Assembly (NCBI GenBank): GCA_951406725.2
Contig: OX597837.1
Span: 4,650,001-4,714,000, forward strand
Length of the DNA: 64,000 nt
Origin: Octopus vulgaris
Taxonomy: Eukaryota
Reading direction: 5' to 3'
A model generated the notes under the pieces. The model did not search any database. It saw only the letters and a program-made list of their open reading frames with translations, and was not told the origin of the DNA. Made by a program: the position numbers and the translations under genes. This document shows, piece after piece, positions 58,237 through 64,000 of this stretch. Numbering within the stretch: position 1 is the stretch's first letter; each line of letters opens with the position of its first letter.

Positions 58237-59674
58237 CGTTTTGGCAATTTGCCGGCAACAGAGCACCAATATCTGCTGAGTTACACGATTTCAACTCGCT
58301 CCTGCTTCAACAGCGGTTCTCGTTTCTATACAGCCGCTAATTTCTAAAGTAAATATTTGAAAAATATTTTCCATACATACATTACTACTTAGATATCTTT
58401 TTAAACAGATTCCAACGCCAAACAAACGGCAGGCATGATAATATTTGCTCTAAGAAACATATACGACGAACCAACTTCCACCTTCATAGTCGCTTGTTAA
58501 CACAATTGTTTACCATTACCATTCCAATAACTAGTTTCATTATAGCATTTGGCATCTGTCCATGTTGTTTTGTTATATATCAACGTTTCAATTTAGTGGC
58601 CACGAAATATATTGCGTGATAGTATAAACAGTTTCGGCTTCACGTCAGTGGAGTTGTTTAATAGATTATCCCAAAGTACTGAACATAACAAAGCCATCAG
58701 AAACATTGCCTTGGCCAATATTCGCTGTAAATTTACCTAATTTTCTTTTGTCAGCTCATAACGCTTCACAATTAATAAGTGTCGTGCCGAGGCGCTTCTC
58801 GCCATTGTTACCACTAATGTTGGAAAACTTGGTGCTACTATTTTTTTTCTTTAAACCGTAAATTCCCACTGGTTTGACAGAATTAGGATCTTTTCGGTTT
58901 GAACGGCAGTTTTTTCTAGCGGTATCATATGAAATTGTCACCCATAATTATGACCCTAGAATCGATCTATTGCATTTCAATATGTTTTAGGGTTAGGGGT
59001 GGGGGAAGGGTATCTTTTTTTTCTTCACGAATGTAAATAAACCCAATCTGTTTCTTAAACGAGGGACATATTCATACGGCACAGAATGCTTTTTAACTCA
59101 ATAGACGTAAGTGATTGGTTGAAATTGCAGAAATTGAAGAAAAGAAAACAACAAATATCTTACAAACTATAGAATTTTCTCAATAAAGCCAAGAGAAAAA
59201 TATGTTTTATAAACACATTCTACCAGTATACGAAGAGATGCAATGTGACAAAGCTAACATACGGCTCGTTCATGATAACTGCTTTCAGCTTAAAGATATT
59301 TTTCATTAGTGCAAAACGAGAGGGACCATGCACACATATGATCCTTGGGGGGGGGCATCTAAGATTTTGAGAGGTCTGCCCGAGGAAAATAGTACATTGG
59401 GCATCTGCAGTAGTATTTTAGGTGTTCAGGTAAATTTTTGGTTTACCATAAATCCCCGAGTATAATCTGCATTTTCCCCCCAAAATGTAACGGTCAAAAT
59501 CCCCAGTACGTACTTTATACGAGGTTAAAAATGAAAATTATTTCTAAGCAATGTCTGAGTCTCTATTTGCTGTCCACCGCATTTTTTGATGTCGGGCGCG
59601 AAAATACCTTAAGCTAAGCCTTTAAGCAATGAAGTCATAAAAGAATCATCCATAACTTGCAATAAGCAACATTT

Positions 59675-60482
59675 ATATAACTTACTCTGATTATGTTTTC
59701 TTTGTCCAAAAAAGGACAGATCAGGGTGTTCTCTCACTTACCTCCTACACCCCACGCTTTAACCTACTTGATGTTGTTTCATTCTATTCAGACTTCTCAA
59801 GAATTCTCTCTTTTCTTGCAGCACGAAACCCTTTCTTTCTTTTACGATATAGTTTCTTTTCCTCAACAGGCCCTGCCCTATTTAACATTGTCCCGAAAGA
59901 AATCAAAGAGGAAAAGGATCCCATCAACTTTAAACGGAGTCTGGATAGATTCCTTCAAGGAATACCAGATAAGCCACCCATAATTGGATACAACTCACCC
60001 AACAAAAACTTGAATGGACCATAAACAAAACTTGACTTAAACAGGATTTAGATAATCCTATTGGGTGGTACTATTAAGTTAGACATGGCCTGGACCAATC
60101 TTTGGTCGAAACATATCTAAGTTTTATACAGAAAGGAAATATTATCTCACGTCTACCACTAATACGTACAGGTGATGGTGATTCTCTCAGCTCATCTCCT
60201 TAAATATTATAAATATTAATTCTAAAAATTTCGCTAAAATAAATCCGAAAAACAACGTGTTAGAAATCAGTAAATTATTTTCAGACTCTGCAATCTATTT
60301 TAGGAATTGATCGTAAAAGAAAGAAAGGGTTTCGTGTTGCAAGAAAAGAGAGAATTCTAGAGAATTCTGAAGTAGAATGAAGTAGCATCAAGTACGTTAA
60401 AATGTGGGATGTAGGAGGTAAGTGAGAGAACGCCCTGGTCTGTCCTTTTTTGGACAAAGAAGACAATCAGAGTAAGTTATAT
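59675..60482. repeat. ~175-bp diverged inverted repeat pair (59675-59849 and 60310-60482)
   Basis: ataacttactctgatt...aaaccctttctttcttttacgat and its reverse complement. The ORF track shows paralogous peptides on opposite strands (59693+ and 60281-). Confidence 0.85.
59852..60122 (+). mobile_element. CR1-like LINE 3' end inside the inverted repeat
   Basis: FSSTGPALFNIVPKEIKEEKDPINFKRSLDRFLQGIPDKP matches the LFN.LP....FK..LD.FL C-terminal motif. Confidence 0.75.
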
Positions 60483-60824
60483 AATTACTAACTACTAACT
60501 TGTAACAGCACATTCTGCATTCTTGCCTCTATAATCTGTATATCCATCTATCTGTCTCTCTCCCACTCTCTCTCTATCTATGTATTCTCTATCTCCGTAT
60601 CTTTCTATATTTACTTGTATATATCTATCTATATGCATGTATGCAAGATGCTCTCGCGTTCTTTGTCATTCTTTCTCTTAATGTGTATAACCACATTCAA
60701 TAATCTGGTGGATACACTGTTATATATGTGTGCCTGTATGTGTGTTTGTACATCTGCGCACTCATATATTAGTGTATTTGTGTATATATGTATGTACGTA
60801 TGTATGCATATATATATACAAAAA

Positions 60825-60862
60825 TGTCCGATGAAACGGGAACGTGAAACTCTGAGTAACAG
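60825..60862 (+). ncRNA. minimal HHR motif family C (U4C variant)
   Basis: UGU-CCGAUGA-A-ACG GGAA CGU-GAA-ACUC U GAGU-A-ACA, lying between TA tracts. Confidence 0.6.
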
Positions 60863-60866
60863 CTTT

Positions 60867-60913
<47 letters not shown>

Positions 60914-60943
60914 CACACACACACACATATATATATATATATG

Positions 60944-60994
<51 letters not shown>

Positions 60995-61053
60995 ATATAC
61001 ATATATATATATATGTATATGAATATATATTCTTTTGTCTTTCGCTCTTAGTC

Positions 61054-61087
<34 letters not shown>

Positions 61088-61493
61088 GAGACAATGTGTG
61101 TTAGAAATGTCTTTGAACAATGGGGAAAATTGTATACGAAAAATCAAAACTGTTATGGCTAGAGGGTAAAATGAATAATCAATTATAACACGACTGACAC
61201 GGGTATCAACAAGCTCGATCTCAATTAGAACTCATCAAAGCACGAACATAATGCTCGTAATTATAGAAACGTCATCTGCTTAAAAAAAACCAACTGGCAA
61301 ACGATCTTGTTTTCAGCTCGAAAAATGGTGAAATGAATAATTGCTAAGATCAGAAAACCGTGGGCAGCTGCATTTAACGAGAAATGTGGATTAAATATAT
61401 GCATATATATACATATATATATATATATATGTGTGTGCGTGTGTGTGTGTATATGCACATACATACATACATATATATATATGTGTGTGTATG

Positions 61494-61526
<33 letters not shown>

Positions 61527-61721
61527 CTTTATTTAAAGCAGCAGAAAATTCAACAAAATCTGTTACTCTGAGTTTCTCGTTGCCGTTCATCAGACAGTTT
61601 TTGCTAGAATGGAACCGATTTGTTGAATTTTCTGCTGCTTTAAATAAAGCATATTACTCTACCACTGGTATTTGAGTACTCTTTTTTCCACCTTGTTTCA
61701 CATTTATGTGTTTACTCCGGT
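61527..61721. mobile_element. HHR element family C with fold-back
   Basis: Minus strand 61560-61597 reads CUGU-CUGAUGA-ACGGCAACGA-GAA-ACUC A GAGU-A-ACAG. 31-bp inverted arms at 61527-61557 and 61619-61649, with TA arrays on both sides. Confidence 0.75.
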
Positions 61722-61724
61722 ATA

Positions 61725-61760
<36 letters not shown>

Positions 61761-61852
61761 TGTATGTATATATGTGTATATGATATCAGTTATTTGTGAC
61801 GTAAGCAGAACCCCCATATCACGTGATATTTTCTTCCAATGGAAATCATGGT

Positions 61853-61894
61853 CTCACTGATGATTTCTAGTAGAATGAAATCTCGTGATATGAG
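61853..61894 (+). ncRNA. type I hammerhead ribozyme motif
   Basis: CUCA-CUGAUGA-UUUCU AGU AGAAU-GAA-AUCUCGUGAU-A-UGAG. Stem III is near-palindromic, and the perfect version atcacgtgat lies at about 61818. Confidence 0.68.
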
Positions 61895-61921
61895 TTAATG
61901 GTAGTAGCGACACCCTTTATA

Positions 61922-62077
61922 CTCTTTTTACTCTTTTACTTGTTTCAGTCATTCAATCTACCAAATCCACCGAGGCTATTGTAGAACACACTTGCCCAAG
62001 GTTCCACGCAGTGGGAATGAACCCGGAACCGTGTGGTTGGTAAGCAAGATACTTACCACACAGCCACTCCTACGCCT
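61922..62077 (-). mobile_element. SINE family 1, internally deleted
   Basis: Tail joined directly to the core and head. Confidence 0.8.
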
Positions 62078-63120
62078 GATGGCGATATTGTTAGTGATGA
62101 TGATGTTGATGATGATGCTGAGGCGATGATGATGCCGAGGGGAAGATGATGCTGAGGCGATGATGATGCTAAGGGTAAAGGTGTTTTTGTAAAGGATGTT
62201 GATGGGGATGTACGAGCCGACGGGTTTGTGGTTGTGGCTGTCGTCGGTGGTGGTGGTAGTGGTGGTGATGGACGTAATGGTAATGGTTATGATGGTGATT
62301 CTGGTTGATTCGTGATGATGATACAGACGCTACTTGTATGGGTTATGTCAGTGTTGACAACGATGGTAGCGGTGGTGGTGGAGATGATGGCAGTAATGAT
62401 GATGATGATGATGATGATGATGGTTGCGATGGAATTATCGGTGGTGTTGGTTGTGGGAGTGGCAGTGGAAGTCGTGGTGGTGGTGTAGATGCTGATGGTG
62501 ACGGATGTCTTGATGGTGGTGGCGGTGGTGATGATGGTGGTGGTGGTGGTGGTAGTGGTGTTGATGATGGTGGTGGTGGTGGTAGTGGTGTTGATGATGG
62601 TTGTGGTGGTGGTGGTGGTGGTGATGATAGTGGTGGTGTAGATGCTGGTGGTGACAGATGTGTTAATGGTGGTGGTGGTGGTGGTGTTGTTGTTGATGAT
62701 GGTGGTGGTGGTCATGATGATGGTGGTGGTGGTGGAGGTGGTGTTGATGATGGTTGTGATGGTGGTGCTGGTGCTGGTGGTGATGATAGTGGTGGCGTAG
62801 ATGCTGGTGGTGACAGATGTTTTGATGATGGTGGTGGTGACGCTGCTGCTGATGGCGATGATGGTGGTGGTGTGATAGGGTAGATGGTGATGATGGCAAT
62901 GACGGTTCCGACGGTGCTGATGGTGGCGACACCAATAGTTGTGGATTCGAGGTTGTGGTGGTTGTGATGGTAGTGGTGACGGTAGTGCTGGATGTGAAGT
63001 GGTGGTGGTAGTGAAAATATGATGATGATGGTGATGATGGTGGTGATGGTGGTGGTAGTGGTGTTGGTGGTGATGGTTCTGGTGACGTTAGTAGTGATGA
63101 AGGACGTTGTGGTGGATGTG
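62078..63120. repeat. ~1-kb degenerate (GGT/GAT)n low-complexity tract with internal higher-order repeats
   Basis: A gatgatagtggtgg.gtagatgctggtggtgacagatgt unit recurs at about 62623 and 62782, and partially at about 62483. Confidence 0.85.
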
Positions 63121-63556
63121 CGGGTGAGGGCGAGGAGCGAAGAGGGTGGCGTAATGGTGAACTTCTGTGGATTGAAGTAGGGGTGGATGGGGGAACAGTT
63201 CTCGTTGTGTTGCTATATTTGAGAACTTGAGAAAAAAAAAACTATGTCGGAGTCCTGGTGGCAGCGGCGGGGGCGGCGGCAGTGGTGGTGGGTGTGGGGA
63301 AGAAGAAGGCAGGACAGGGCGGAGTAGCTCTCAAATGAGAAATGAAATGCAAAAAAAAAAAATTCAAGAAATATTTCAGAAACTTAAATGAAACGATTTT
63401 CTTTTCTTTCATTTTTTCGTTCATTCTTTTGTGTGTTTCTTTTCTTTTTAGGTTTTAAAGGGTGGGGTGAGGGTAGATTGGGGGGGATGCGAGATGATGA
63501 AACACAGCAGTTTAGCAAAAATTAAAAAAAGATTTTTACTGGTAATACCACTATTG

Positions 63557-63625
<69 letters not shown>

Positions 63626-63824
63626 CTAATAGTACAACTAGTGCCACCAACACAACTATTAATACAACTACAATTATTACTGCTACAATTACTACTACTA
63701 CTAATACTACTTATGCTGTTAGAGTATTGCACTAGTACAGCCACCACAACCAACCACCAACATGTACTATTACCATTATTATTACTATTACATGTACTAT
63801 CACATGCACTATTACCATTAATAT

Positions 63825-64000
63825 TCTCTTCTACTCTAGGCACATGCTCGTAATTTATTTTGGAAAGAGGGACCAGTCGATTAGATTGGCCACAGTACAC
63901 AACTGGTATTTAATTTATCTACCCCGAAAGGATGAAAGGCAAAGTCGACCTCGGCGGAATTTGAACTCAGAACGTAGAGTCACAGGAAATACCACTAAAC
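63825..64000 (-). mobile_element. SINE family 2 copy (truncated by the window end)
   Basis: ccccgaaaggatgaaaggcaaagtcgacctcggcggaatttgaactcagaacgta. Confidence 0.82.

Noticed and set aside
58884-59235. Probable MITE-like repeat containing ttagggttaggg
   Set aside because: Only two telomere-like units and one apparent terminus are present. It is not an interstitial telomere, and the class is unsupported.
62305-62883. 192-aa Gly/Asp-rich ORF and antisense Pro/Thr/His-rich frames (open to about 63226 after a possible acceptor)
   Set aside because: GGT/GAT repeats stay open in several frames by composition, with no consistent frame or recognisable motif. It cannot be excluded without RNA data.

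Overview
AT-rich eukaryotic DNA saturated with microsatellites ((TA)n, (TATC)n, (CATA)n, (AAT)n, (GAA)n, (CTA)n, (GGT/GAT)n). I cannot support any intact host protein-coding gene; almost all ORF-track entries are translated simple repeats. The repeat content looks like a coleoid cephalopod (Octopus-like) genome, which is an inference from recalled repeat sequences. The window holds three tRNA-type SINE families and decayed Penelope-like elements (PLEs; GIY-YIG and RT fragments). It also holds 3' ends of L1/Tx1-like, CR1-like and R4/Dong LINEs, a maT-type and a mariner DNA transposon, a non-autonomous Helitron and a 5S rRNA pseudogene. The main hidden signal is about 20 hammerhead-ribozyme (HHR) motifs or half-motifs from at least 8 distinct short-element families. 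Most sit 40-150 bp from a (TA)n array and have palindromic stem III, and several co-occur with long fold-back palindromes. This points to a (TA)n-targeted, ribozyme-bearing PLE/retrozyme-like system. All alignments and folds were done by eye, so coordinates are approximate to a few bases.
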